Shown in pieces: positions 9,101 to 16,497 of a DNA stretch of 56,259 bases (position 1 is its first letter; each line of letters begins with the position of its first letter). The position numbers and the translations under genes were made by a program. Location: positions 1-56,259 of IMG/VR virus record IMGVR_UViG_3300043184_000094; one strand, given 5' to 3'. This DNA comes from a virus. A model generated the notes under the pieces. It was given only the letters and a program-made list of their open reading frames with translations, did not search any database and was not told the DNA's origin.

Positions 9101-9378
9101 AGCGGAAGGGGACGGCGACGGCGTTAATGAACGCCATGAGTGGGGTGCGGCTTCAGGACGTGGACCCGGCCGAGCAGCGGACGCAGGCGGCGAAGCGGGT
9201 GTTGGAACGAGAGCTTCGGGGCCGGCCCGGCGTGCGGGTCGCGGAAAGCGTGTACGTCCCGGCCGACCGCCTGCCGCTGCTCGACCCGCTGGAATTGCAA
9301 CTGTACGGCCTGTACCGGGCGACCCAGCGGCAGGCGGAAATGGAGCGGGCCGCCCGTCAGCAACGGGCGGCCCGCTAA
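6184..9378 (+). CDS. Large virion-block protein (1064 aa), internal/ejection-type candidate, N-terminal LPFSDALGIT and TDPLNYV module
   Basis: Track ORF with ATGA overlap to the upstream gene. Protein-like throughout. Last gene of the plus-strand block. Confidence 0.85.
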   Translation: MSRVGAFGGLDPLDGNPFAALARPRRPATAALPAFTPEEQSSLIGDIMEGSLGGLAYVGKVFDKFGRAARGGLNMLAGGDTPASELASFLPFSDALGITEERNAVQGTDLNATLGLTTRGDDSLENLAAGFATELLTDPLNYVTLGAKTALGTAAKKAGTLPRALGDQVRGGQAGLVGLGVPFRQPAAVLGTGQTAAKVADRLDRLGGGIAALGPVRAVRAAIDPEVGGAWTREGQLLAQDVLRPTQRALEREAGYDYAGFLQRADSFAAKDPRATADATRLAAEGFLPEATARATAAFGPLGADLVKVGQDLGDRARAYLPAEQALGLNTRELADLADYLPRSKNPLPGAGGSVWERFRRAYQDFSTTHGSQFAREEAYRDIPGGTVRLNEYFKDPALRSMTDLQRKDFFRRELAATKPAPPPAGAAQDVVDAYREALGRWEGQVGELAGRVGSADPRYAAESLDFFRPDPFADLLVRGRRSAQARAGAETVFEGVGRHAKPTAALAAEGVESVPLTELMQRLALDRPGAGSGVEAAVRMATRMGVSPNDLKNYALPADIARDVVKLGQAWNTPRELGPVMSAWNYAQNLFKTWVTAPFPAFHARNLVSGLFNAWRDDALSPAALKEAFQVIRGGTLDAPIPGLGATAAESTQALIRNAIADRVAFARDAGRAADTLGTGPADLIARLPAPSATGNSALGDLGRWLVDLVPGGRVARTEGRLPTRAEVLGGLDPRNVEGVRDAYKTPNSLIAGARVAQGNIDDFVQLGHYIAKLRNGFDPATAGLAVKKYHNDYSALTSTERNVLKAVAPWYSFSRRSLPPLLEDLVTKPAKVGSALRLTSGVREPGQFVPGFIAEGASVPVPGAPEGQQRYISSFGLPIEDEAFKTLGSFASGDFSRGLQSLIGMANPLVKAPLELGFGTQLYSGRRLEDLRPLTATAGLLNEDSGRLVSQIVANSPASRFASTFDKLLDERKGTATALMNAMSGVRLQDVDPAEQRTQAAKRVLERELRGRPGVRVAESVYVPADRLPLLDPLELQLYGLYRATQRQAEMERAARQQRAAR

Positions 9379-9406
9379 GCAGCCACGCCCTACCCTGCCC
9401 AGCCAG

Positions 9407-9436
9407 ACCTGACCAAACCTGACCAAACCTGACCAA
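9407..9436. repeat. ACCTGACCAA x3 perfect tandem repeat (10-nt period) in a convergent intergenic gap
   Basis: Read directly: acctgaccaa acctgaccaa acctgaccaa. Confidence 0.9.
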
Positions 9437-9479
9437 ACCGCACCGTGCCACACCCTATCGCGCCCCATCGCGCGAAATC

Positions 9480-9779
9480 CTAGCTGCCCGCCGGCGACTT
9501 CCTGCCGGCCAACTGGATCATCTCCGCCGCGACGGCGAGCGTGTCGAACATCATCTTCGGCCCGATCATCAGGCACGGCAGGTTGCCCGCCTTGGCCTGC
9601 CGCTTCAGCCACGCCGTCGGCACCCGCAGCTTCTGAGCCGCCTCCCGCAACTCCAGTAGCCCGTGCGGGGCGGGGGCGTCCGGCCCCGTGCTGACCGGCG
9701 GTTGGCCGGGGTCGTCGGCCGGCACCGCGTGGGCGGTCGCCATCGTCGCCACCGTCGCCACCGTCGGGGCGGTCGTCAT
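9480..9779 (-). CDS. Helix-turn-helix DNA-binding protein (excisionase/MerR-like HTH), 99 aa
   Basis: Only the last 99 codons of track ORF 9480..11021 are protein-like: LLELREAAQKLRVPTAWLKRQAKAGNLPCLMIGPKMMF. ATG at 9779. Confidence 0.6.
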   Translation of the reverse strand: MTTAPTVATVATMATAHAVPADDPGQPPVSTGPDAPAPHGLLELREAAQKLRVPTAWLKRQAKAGNLPCLMIGPKMMFDTLAVAAEMIQLAGRKSPAGS

Positions 9780-9793
9780 CGCGGGCACCTCAC

Positions 9794-10438
9794 TTAAAAG
9801 GGGATGTCGTCCAGGGAGTTCTTCGCGCGGTCCAGGTGCTCCCGGGCGCGCTTCAGTTGCGCGTCGATCTCGGCCAGCTCGCGCCGCTTGGCGTCGATGT
9901 CCGCGTCGAGCCCGTCCATTGCCGCCTCGCCCTCGGCGTTGACCCGCTCGCCGACCCACCGCATCGCCCCGGCGAACGCCTCGTCGCGGGTCTGGCCCGG
10001 CAGCACCGGCACGGACAGCTCGACGGCCTCGTTCTCGTAGTTCCCGAACGACTTCAGCCGCCGGTAGGTCACGACCTCGGCCGGCAGCGCGGCGTCCGCC
10101 CGGAGTTTCCTGATGAGCGCGGCGGCGGCCCGAATCGTCTTGGCCGGGCCGACCGTGCCGGTTAGCCCCTCCAGGTCCATGACCGCGGCGACGGCATCGG
10201 ACAACAAGCCGTCGGGGATCGCCCGCCCGCCGGATGCCGTCTGGGCGGCCGGCCAGTAGACGGAGCCGATTGCCGTCAGGAGGGCGACCGCCGCCAGCGT
10301 CCCGAAGGCGCAGGCGGCCAGCGGGTCGGCCCAGAGCAGGTACAGGCCGGCCGTGCAGAAGCCGGCCGCCACGCCGCCGCCGCCGACCGGGAGCGAGGAA
10401 GACATGAACCGGTTCACCGACTCTTGGAACGGGGGCAT
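9794..10438 (-). CDS. Hypothetical membrane-anchored protein with C-terminal coiled coil, 214 aa
   Basis: Track ORF. Hydrophobic N-terminal segments and a charged helical C-terminus. Abuts the upstream stop (TGAATG). Confidence 0.7.
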   Translation of the reverse strand: MPPFQESVNRFMSSSLPVGGGGVAAGFCTAGLYLLWADPLAACAFGTLAAVALLTAIGSVYWPAAQTASGGRAIPDGLLSDAVAAVMDLEGLTGTVGPAKTIRAAAALIRKLRADAALPAEVVTYRRLKSFGNYENEAVELSVPVLPGQTRDEAFAGAMRWVGERVNAEGEAAMDGLDADIDAKRRELAEIDAQLKRAREHLDRAKNSLDDIPF

Positions 10439-11059
10439 TCAAGTCTCCCTGGCGGTGCCGCCGGCCGGGCCGGCGTGGATGGCGGCCAGCGCCTCGGCCG
10501 ACTCGTCCTCCTCGGCCCGGCGGTAGCAGCGGGCCGGCGGCTCGGTCACGAACGCCGGGTCGCGCCACCGCAGCCGGTTGTTGGGCATGGCGAGCAGCCA
10601 CCCGGGCGCGGCGACGAGTACGTGCGTACACTTGCGCTCCGGCGGGTACTCCGCGACGGACGGGTCCACGACGTTCGGGTCCGGCCGGCAGAAATCGACG
10701 GTGAACAGGTAGCGGGCCACCTCGGGGCCGTGCCGCGGGATCGTCAGGTCGGCCAGCAGCCCTGCCAGCCGGGCGTACTCGACGACCCCGAAGTGGTAGC
10801 CGAAGCAGTCCCACGCGGACGCTTGGTCGGCCTCCAGCGGCTCCACGTCGGGGTCGGAGGCCAGGGCGTGGATCGGCACGTCGCCGTACACGGCCCCGTC
10901 GCGGAACAGCAGGTGGAACGCCAGCGGCCGGCCCGGCACGCACTTGACCCCGACCACATCGGCCTCGGCCCGCGTCAGGCCGGCGGCGTGGTCCTGGGTG
11001 ACGTGCCGCTCGTCGGCCCACACCCGCAGGGCCGGCACGTTCGCGTTCAGAAAGGACAT
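10439..11059 (-). CDS. Hypothetical protein, about 206 aa
   Basis: Track ORF 10439..11062. ATG at 11059 preferred (GGGAGA upstream). Protein-like composition. Confidence 0.7.
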   Translation of the reverse strand: MSFLNANVPALRVWADERHVTQDHAAGLTRAEADVVGVKCVPGRPLAFHLLFRDGAVYGDVPIHALASDPDVEPLEADQASAWDCFGYHFGVVEYARLAGLLADLTIPRHGPEVARYLFTVDFCRPDPNVVDPSVAEYPPERKCTHVLVAAPGWLLAMPNNRLRWRDPAFVTEPPARCYRRAEEDESAEALAAIHAGPAGGTARET

Positions 11060-11481
11060 CACGTCTCCCGGATGGCGATCCCGTGGCAGGCGCGCATCAG
11101 CCTCGCCTTCAGCTTGTAAACCGGCGTCGGCAGGCCCTTCACGTCCTCCACGACGAGCCGGCCGGCCTCGACGTAGGTGAAGTCGGCGACGTAGCGGCAG
11201 ACCAGGACGCCGTTCACGACCAGCCGGAACCGCACCTGTCGCCGGAGGGTCGCTATCTCGCCGGAGGCCAGCCGCCCCTTGAGCAGCAGCCAGCGGCCGG
11301 CCTCCTTCTTCGAGTCGAACGTGATCCCGTCGGCGACCGTCTTCGTGTTGCGGTACTTCGGCCGCCGCTCAGACGGTGTGGCCTGGGTGGGGGCGGGCGG
11401 TTGCGGCGGCAGATTGGTCGGCGGGCTTACACCGATCGCCGCCGCCAGCACCTTGGCCTGCATCTCCGGGCTGAGCTTCAT
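11059..11481 (-). CDS. DUF1064-type (PD-(D/E)XK-like) nuclease / Holliday-junction-resolvase-like protein
   Basis: KYRNTKTVADGITFDSKKEAGRW...YVADFTY...VVEDVKG matches the DUF1064 pattern as I remember it. Start taken at MKL (GAGG upstream); track start is 11499. Confidence 0.7.
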   Translation of the reverse strand: MKLSPEMQAKVLAAAIGVSPPTNLPPQPPAPTQATPSERRPKYRNTKTVADGITFDSKKEAGRWLLLKGRLASGEIATLRRQVRFRLVVNGVLVCRYVADFTYVEAGRLVVEDVKGLPTPVYKLKARLMRACHGIAIRET

Positions 11482-11653
11482 CGGCCGCCTCGAAGTCAAC
11501 GTCGATACACGGGCCGTCGTAGTTCTTGTCCACCTCCGCGATGCCCGTCACCTTGATCCGGCCGAATCGCTCGCCGTTGTTCGCCACCTCCATCAGTCGC
11601 ATCGCCTCCGCCTTGCACAGCCGCAGCTTGCACCGGCCCGCCACCCGCGCCAT
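11369..11653 (-). CDS. Small hypothetical protein (94 aa); its 3' third overlaps the DUF1064 gene out of frame
   Basis: AGGGGGG lies 6 nt upstream of the ATG. GC3 is high for the first ~60 codons and then drops where the next gene starts. Confidence 0.5.
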   Translation of the reverse strand: MARVAGRCKLRLCKAEAMRLMEVANNGERFGRIKVTGIAEVDKNYDGPCIDVDFEAADEAQPGDAGQGAGGGDRCKPADQSAAATARPHPGHTV

Positions 11654-12350
11654 GGTCGCCCCCCTGTTGGGCCGCCAGTTCGGCGGCGAACTTCGCCTCC
11701 CCGCCGGCCCGATACCACGCCCAGAACCGGTCGTGGGCGTCGGACAGGCGGTCGGCGGCCTTCCCGCCGAAGCCCTTGATGTCGCGGTACGTCCGGGTGA
11801 ACGCCGGGTTCTCCGGGTACGGCTGGACGAACCGGCCGAGGTCGCCGACGGTGACGATCGGGTGCGGCCCGCCCTCCTTGAGTTCGCCGGCGTGCAACTT
11901 CGCCACGTCGGCCGCAGTCAGCCCGAACTCGGTCCACCCGGCGACCGGGAACTTCTTCCACAGCTCGTCGTCGGCCGGCTGCGACCGCCCCTGCACGACG
12001 ACCGGAGGTAGAACCTCGTCGAAGGTCATCTGCCGCGGCTCGGGCGGCTGGCCCCGCCGCTCCCGGCGGTGCGAGATCAGGCGGCGGAGCTCGACCACGA
12101 GGCCGTCGTAGACCTTCTTCGCGTTCGCCGCCTGGGCCTTCAGTCGGAGGTGGTCCTGCTCGGCCTTGTCCGCCTCCAGGCTGAGCTCGGAGACGGCCTT
12201 GCTCGTCTCCGAGTCGTACTCGGCCAGCCGGAGCGGGTGGTCGTATGGCAGCGGGTCGTCGCCCGCCGCAGGCTCGACGGCCGCCTCGGGGGGCGGGACG
12301 GCCGGAGCGTCTGCGGCGGGCGGGTCCGGGGTCGGTTGCGTCGGGTCCAT
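11496..12350 (-). CDS. Hypothetical protein with helix-hairpin-helix-like C-terminal motif (IKGFGGKAADRL), 284 aa
   Basis: Track ORF. The last ~50 codons have low GC3 and overlap the next gene by 158 nt. Confidence 0.65.
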   Translation of the reverse strand: MDPTQPTPDPPAADAPAVPPPEAAVEPAAGDDPLPYDHPLRLAEYDSETSKAVSELSLEADKAEQDHLRLKAQAANAKKVYDGLVVELRRLISHRRERRGQPPEPRQMTFDEVLPPVVVQGRSQPADDELWKKFPVAGWTEFGLTAADVAKLHAGELKEGGPHPIVTVGDLGRFVQPYPENPAFTRTYRDIKGFGGKAADRLSDAHDRFWAWYRAGGEAKFAAELAAQQGGDHGAGGGPVQAAAVQGGGDATDGGGEQRRAIRPDQGDGHRGGGQELRRPVYRR

Positions 12351-12420
12351 GCCTCGGCTCCGTGGGATGCTGTGACCATCGTCTGCGGGCCGCCGGGTGT
12401 CCAGTCGCTTAGCCGCAAAA

Positions 12421-13815
12421 TCACTCTTGCGGCATGTCGCCGCGGGCGAACTTGGCGAACTTGGCGAATCTGACGGGCGGGCCGGCGTCGGGGACGGCCT
12501 CCCGGAACCGGAACGTCGGCCCGTGGAACTCCAGCCGGGCGGTCCCGGTCGTGCCGTTCCGCTGCTTCGCCACGATCAGGTCGATGGGCTCGGCGTCCCC
12601 GACCCCGGGAACGCCGGGGCGGTGCAGGAACATCACGATGTCGCAGTCCTGCTCGACCGACCCCGACTCCCGGATGTCGCCGAGCCGCGGCGCGCGGGCC
12701 TCCTCCTCGCACTTCCGGTTGAGCTGGCTGAGCATCAGTACCGGGCACCCGAGCCGGCCGGCCATCAGCTTCAGCCCGCGAGACATCTCGGCCACCTGCT
12801 CGTGCCGGGGGGCGCGGCGGTCGGCCGGCCGCAGGAGTTGGAGGTAGTCCACGACGACCAGCCCGAGCGGCGATTCCCGCGATTCCCGCGATTCCCGCGA
12901 CGCCCGGCGGGCCTCGGCCGGGATGTCGTCGGCCGTCAGCCGGGGGTCGGACAGGAACGTGATCGGCAGGTTCCGCAGCCGGTCGGCCGCCCCGATCAGC
13001 CGGGCGACCTGGGCGGCGTCCAGCCGGCCGGCCTTGGCCCGGTGGTTCGGCACGTCGGCCGCCGCCAGGAGCGACCGGTGGGCGACCTCCTGGGGCGTCA
13101 TCTCCAGGCTGACGAACAGCACCGGTCGGCCGGCGGCGGCGGTGTGCTCGGCGATCTGTAGGGCTAGCGCCGACTTCCCGACCCCGGGCCGGGCGGCGAC
13201 GCAGATCAGTTCGCCGGGGCGGAACGCCCCGGTGTACCCGTCGATGGTCGGCAGGCCGCTCGCCGCCCCAGGCTTGGCGTCGTCCCGGGCCGCGGCGTCG
13301 ATGGCGGCCAGCGCCCGCGACACGGCCCCGGCCATCGTCACCCGCTCGGCGTCGCCGTGCTGACGGTCCAGCAGCGCGGCCAGCGACCGGATCGACTCCT
13401 CGGCCAACAGCCGCGGGTCGGGGATCACCGGGTTGCGGGCGTCCCGTTCGATCAGGGCGGCGGCAACGACCAGCCGCCGGAACAGCGACCGCCGCTCGAC
13501 CAGCGTGGCGTGGTAGTCGATCTGCGCGGCCGTCACGACGAGGCCGCGAAGCCCCTTCCAGTCCGCCAAGTCGCCCACGTCGGCCGCCCACCCCCGGCGG
13601 GCGATCTCGGCCCCGACCGACGCCAAGTCGGGGGTCTGGCCGGCGGCGTGAAGGTCCGCCATCACCGCGAACAGCCGGCGGCACTTGTCCTCGTAGAAGT
13701 CGTCCGGGGCAAGACGCCGGGCGACCTCACCGAACGCCGCCGGCTCGTGCAAGATCGCCCCCAGAACCCCGAGCTCGGGCAGCATGTCCCAAGTCGATTC
13801 AAGGTCATCGTCCAC
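12421..13815 (-). CDS. dnaB: Replicative DNA helicase, DnaB family
   Basis: Walker A ARPGVGKSALAL, VVVDYLQLL, SQLNR, GDIRESGSVEQDCDIVMFLHR. GTG start with GGGAG upstream. Confidence 0.95.
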   Translation of the reverse strand: MDDDLESTWDMLPELGVLGAILHEPAAFGEVARRLAPDDFYEDKCRRLFAVMADLHAAGQTPDLASVGAEIARRGWAADVGDLADWKGLRGLVVTAAQIDYHATLVERRSLFRRLVVAAALIERDARNPVIPDPRLLAEESIRSLAALLDRQHGDAERVTMAGAVSRALAAIDAAARDDAKPGAASGLPTIDGYTGAFRPGELICVAARPGVGKSALALQIAEHTAAAGRPVLFVSLEMTPQEVAHRSLLAAADVPNHRAKAGRLDAAQVARLIGAADRLRNLPITFLSDPRLTADDIPAEARRASRESRESRESPLGLVVVDYLQLLRPADRRAPRHEQVAEMSRGLKLMAGRLGCPVLMLSQLNRKCEEEARAPRLGDIRESGSVEQDCDIVMFLHRPGVPGVGDAEPIDLIVAKQRNGTTGTARLEFHGPTFRFREAVPDAGPPVRFAKFAKFARGDMPQE

Positions 13816-13923
13816 GGCAAGCTCCCTACCAGCTGACTTATCGGTGCGACCGCAACCCGGCCGTAAATCGCATTAACGGCATCGCCAGGGCGAGGTCGCG
13901 CGACGACGCCCGAAAACCCAGTC

Positions 13924-13960
13924 GCGTCCAGGATCGCCCCGCAGCGGCCGTCCTGGACGC
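13924..13960 (-). terminator. Stem-loop between the initiator-like gene and dnaB (attenuator/terminator candidate)
   Basis: GCGTCCAGGA ... TCCTGGACGC, a perfect 10-bp stem with a 17-nt loop. A T4 run follows 7 nt downstream on the minus strand. Confidence 0.3.
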
Positions 13961-13971
13961 CGCCAAGCGGG

Positions 13972-14937
13972 CTAATCGGTGAGCGGGTTGAAGTAGGTCA
14001 GCCCCGGGGTCGGCACGAACCCGAGCTTCGGGTCGTAGCCCGGCCGCTCGTGGACCGGCGTGAACAGGTCGGACTGGGCCTCCCGGACCTTGGCGATGTG
14101 CTTCACCAGTTCGCCGACCTCGGGCCGGGTCCGCTCGCCCCGCGCCCACGGGCAGAGTTGCAGGAACTTGGCGGCGAACTTCCGAACGTCGGCGACCCCG
14201 TACCCGGCCGCCTTCAGGTCCGCCGCCGCCTTCCCGATCTGGCCCCCGTTCAGCTTCGGGTCCGCGCCGGTGACTTCCGCCACCGCGTCGAAAAGTTCGT
14301 TCCGCTCGCGCGGCGCGGGTTCCTTCCTCGCCGGCGGTTTTGGTTTCCGCTTCCGGGTCGCGGGTTGGTCGTTCTCGCTCGCGGGGTCCGGCTCGGCGGA
14401 CTCCGCAAGTATTCTCTTAGGACTAGGACTAGGACTAGGACTAGGAATAGGTAAGGAAGCGCTCTTATTCATCACTGACCCGTCACTGACCGATGACTGA
14501 TCGATATGTCGGCTAGTGGCTGGGTCATCACTGATCGATATGCCAAAATCGCCTATCGTCGGCGTAAAGTATTTGCCGGGATGCTCATCGGACGCGCCGT
14601 CCGAGACGCCTCGGAAGCGTTCCGGGACCGTTACGAAGTAGGTTGGCGGAACCCGCGAGGAACCCGGACGGAACACAAGCCAACCGGCCCGCGAGGCGGC
14701 TTTACGCATCCTCGACAGCCGGCAAAACGACGCAACCCCGAGAATCATCATCAACTGCGCGTTGTGAAAGTTCACCGGGCCGCGATACCCCTTGGCGTCC
14801 TCGGTGGCGGCTATGACGGATAGGAGGCCAATAACGTCCGCCCCGAGTTCGTTGCCTAGGGCCGTCTTTGCCATCAGCCTGATGAACTTGAGCGCGAAGA
14901 ACGGCGGGCGGGCGGGGTAATCGGCCGGCTTGGACAT
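13972..14937 (-). CDS. Replication initiator / replisome-organiser-like protein (position-based call)
   Basis: Lies immediately upstream of dnaB. Two-domain protein joined by a low-complexity linker (SPSPSPSP) that coincides with phased DNA repeats. ATG at 14937 (GAGGGG 8 nt upstream); track start is 14943. Confidence 0.6.
   Translation of the reverse strand: MSKPADYPARPPFFALKFIRLMAKTALGNELGADVIGLLSVIAATEDAKGYRGPVNFHNAQLMMILGVASFCRLSRMRKAASRAGWLVFRPGSSRVPPTYFVTVPERFRGVSDGASDEHPGKYFTPTIGDFGISISDDPATSRHIDQSSVSDGSVMNKSASLPIPSPSPSPSPKRILAESAEPDPASENDQPATRKRKPKPPARKEPAPRERNELFDAVAEVTGADPKLNGGQIGKAAADLKAAGYGVADVRKFAAKFLQLCPWARGERTRPEVGELVKHIAKVREAQSDLFTPVHERPGYDPKLGFVPTPGLTYFNPLTD
14418..14541. 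promoter_or_regulatory. Candidate origin of replication: hexamer array plus four 11-nt-phased iteron-like repeats inside the initiator-like gene
   Basis: (TAGGAC)x4 plus 2 variants at 14418-14453. TCACTGACC at 14472 and 14483, TGACTGATC at 14494, TCACTGATC at 14527 (spacings 11, 11, 33). ACTGATCGATATG occurs twice. Locally AT-richer. Confidence 0.5.
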
Positions 14938-15097
14938 GGGCAACGCCCCTCGGGGTGATGCCGATCATATCGGTTGTCGCGTTGCCGCCGAAGCAACAAA
15001 TCTCGGAGTCGAATTTGGTGCTGGAGTTGCCGGCCAGAGGTGGCGATGATCTGGGCGTGGCACTTCGCCACCGACGCAACGCCGTTCGCGCGTCGTA

Positions 15098-15129
15098 GGC
15101 GACCCCGGGATCGGTGCCCCGGGGTCGCC
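15098..15129 (-). terminator. Perfect 12-bp GC hairpin downstream of the Zn-ribbon gene (no U-tract)
   Basis: GGCGACCCCGGG-atcggtgc-CCCGGGGTCGCC. Confidence 0.3.
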
Positions 15130-15181
15130 GCACTTCTACGCCGTCGCTTCCGCCGGCCTGCGACCAGCCGCATCATCTAGC

Positions 15182-15213
15182 AGCGACTTCAAAGCGACTT
15201 CATAGCGACTTCA
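15182..15213. repeat. AGCGACTTCA x3 with 11-nt period, spanning the stop codon of 15200..15508
   Basis: Copies at 15182-15191, 15193-15202 and 15204-15213. Confidence 0.85.
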
Positions 15214-15508
15214 ACTTGGCGTCCTCCAACTGCCCGAACGCCTCCCGCCCGTCGCCGTCCCGGGGAGCCAGGAACCGCTTCGCCAACCCGACCGAGAAGG
15301 CGTCGTTGGTCAGCTTCCACAGCAGGCCGAGCGACCACTGGCTCAGCGGCGCGCCCTGGTGCGGCCGGGTCCACTTGGCCGGCTCGAACTCCTCGTAATC
15401 GCCGACGACGTACTTCAGCCCTCCGCAGCGGGGACACCAGAAGATGCGACGGGCAGTTCGGTGGTCGCCGAGGCCCTGCATCGTGTGCCCGCAGTTGTCG
15501 CACGCCAT
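15200..15508 (-). CDS. Small Zn-ribbon protein (CxxC...CxxC), 102 aa
   Basis: MACDNCGHT...WCPRCGG. GGGAGGG upstream of the ATG. Confidence 0.7.
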   Translation of the reverse strand: MACDNCGHTMQGLGDHRTARRIFWCPRCGGLKYVVGDYEEFEPAKWTRPHQGAPLSQWSLGLLWKLTNDAFSVGLAKRFLAPRDGDGREAFGQLEDAKLKSL

Positions 15509-15509
15509 G

Positions 15510-15617
15510 TCACCCTCCCGCCGGCTTGGCCGGCGAACAATCGGCCTGTAGCATTGCGACCCAGATCAGCTCGAACTCGACCACGACCACGACGACGGCC
15601 AGGATTGCGGAGCCCAC
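15510..15617 (-). CDS. Possible 35-aa hydrophobic peptide between recT and the Zn-ribbon gene
   Basis: GTG lies 1 nt after the recT stop. VGSAILAVVVVVVEFELIWVAMLQADCSPAKPAGG. High GC3. Its stop is 1 nt before the next ATG. Confidence 0.3.
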   Translation of the reverse strand: MGSAILAVVVVVVEFELIWVAMLQADCSPAKPAGG

Positions 15618-15618
15618 A

Positions 15619-16497
15619 TCAGGCGTCCTCCGCCCGCGGCTCCAGCCCGTCCGCAATCGCCGCCGCCGCCCGGGACCGCGGATCGGGCAGTTCCTGCCCC
15701 AGCGCCTCGGCGGCCACGACCCGCAGGTCTTGCGACCGGAAGTCCTCGGCGGCGTCGTCCAGGGTGGCCGCCTCCATCAGCGCCACCGACACCGGCGACC
15801 GCTTGGCGAGCAGCCGCAGGGGCGTCTTGCGGGCCATCTCCATCGGGGCCGTCTCCCACGGGGACGGCGGGGCCTTGCCCGCCTTGGACGACTGGTAGCC
15901 CTTGCTGTACCTGTCGCGGTGGGCCTCGATCTGGTCGCGGGCCATCCACTCCACGTCAACCCCGCCCTCGGCCGTCACCAAGTAGGCGTAAACGCCCACC
16001 CAGTCCCCCCTCGCGCCGGCGGCCGGTATGTGCAGCACGCGGGGGTCGGTGCCGAGGCGGATGTCGAGCTGGTCGTTGGCGTAGGCCACCTGGGCCGAGA
16101 GCGTCTTGACTTGGCCGCTGCGGTGGGCGAGCACGCAGTAGCCACGGTAGCCGATCTGCAACTGGGCCTCGTTCGCCCGGACCTTGTTACTCCAGTAGGG
16201 CACGAGGTATCCCTGCCCGAGCATCCCGCCGATCTCCAGCCCGAGCTCGGCCGACTTCACCGCCGCCCCGAGCAGGGAGAGGGCGGTGCATTTCGCCAAC
16301 CCCTCGTTCCGCCGGCACTCCGACACCAGTGCCCGCGCGAACCGGCTGGCGTCCGGCCGCATGGCCACCGGCAAGGCGCGGCCTAGCTTCTCGGTCAGCG
16401 CTGCCGTGTACATCTCCAGCCGGGCGATGTCCACGATCTGCCCCGGCGCGAGGGCCGGGAGTTGCTTGGTGCCGACCGCCAACGCCTCAGTGCTCAT
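15619..16497 (-). CDS. recT: RecT-family single-strand annealing protein
   Basis: Length and motifs (LQIGYRGY, GVYAYL, EMARKTPLRLLAKRSPVS) fit RecT. Paired with an upstream exonuclease. Confidence 0.85.
   Translation of the reverse strand: MSTEALAVGTKQLPALAPGQIVDIARLEMYTAALTEKLGRALPVAMRPDASRFARALVSECRRNEGLAKCTALSLLGAAVKSAELGLEIGGMLGQGYLVPYWSNKVRANEAQLQIGYRGYCVLAHRSGQVKTLSAQVAYANDQLDIRLGTDPRVLHIPAAGARGDWVGVYAYLVTAEGGVDVEWMARDQIEAHRDRYSKGYQSSKAGKAPPSPWETAPMEMARKTPLRLLAKRSPVSVALMEAATLDDAAEDFRSQDLRVVAAEALGQELPDPRSRAAAAIADGLEPRAEDA

Noticed and set aside
9480-11021. Minus-strand ORF of 513 aa spanning three real genes.
   Set aside because: Only its last 99 codons (the HTH protein 9480..9779) look coding. 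The rest is Arg/Gly/Pro shadow overlapping better ORFs in other frames (9794..10438 and 10439..11059).
15566-15949. Minus-strand ORF of 127 aa overlapping the recT 3' end.
   Set aside because: It is a shadow frame of recT. Only the separate 35-aa hydrophobic frame in the recT/Zn-ribbon gap was kept, as a low-confidence feature.
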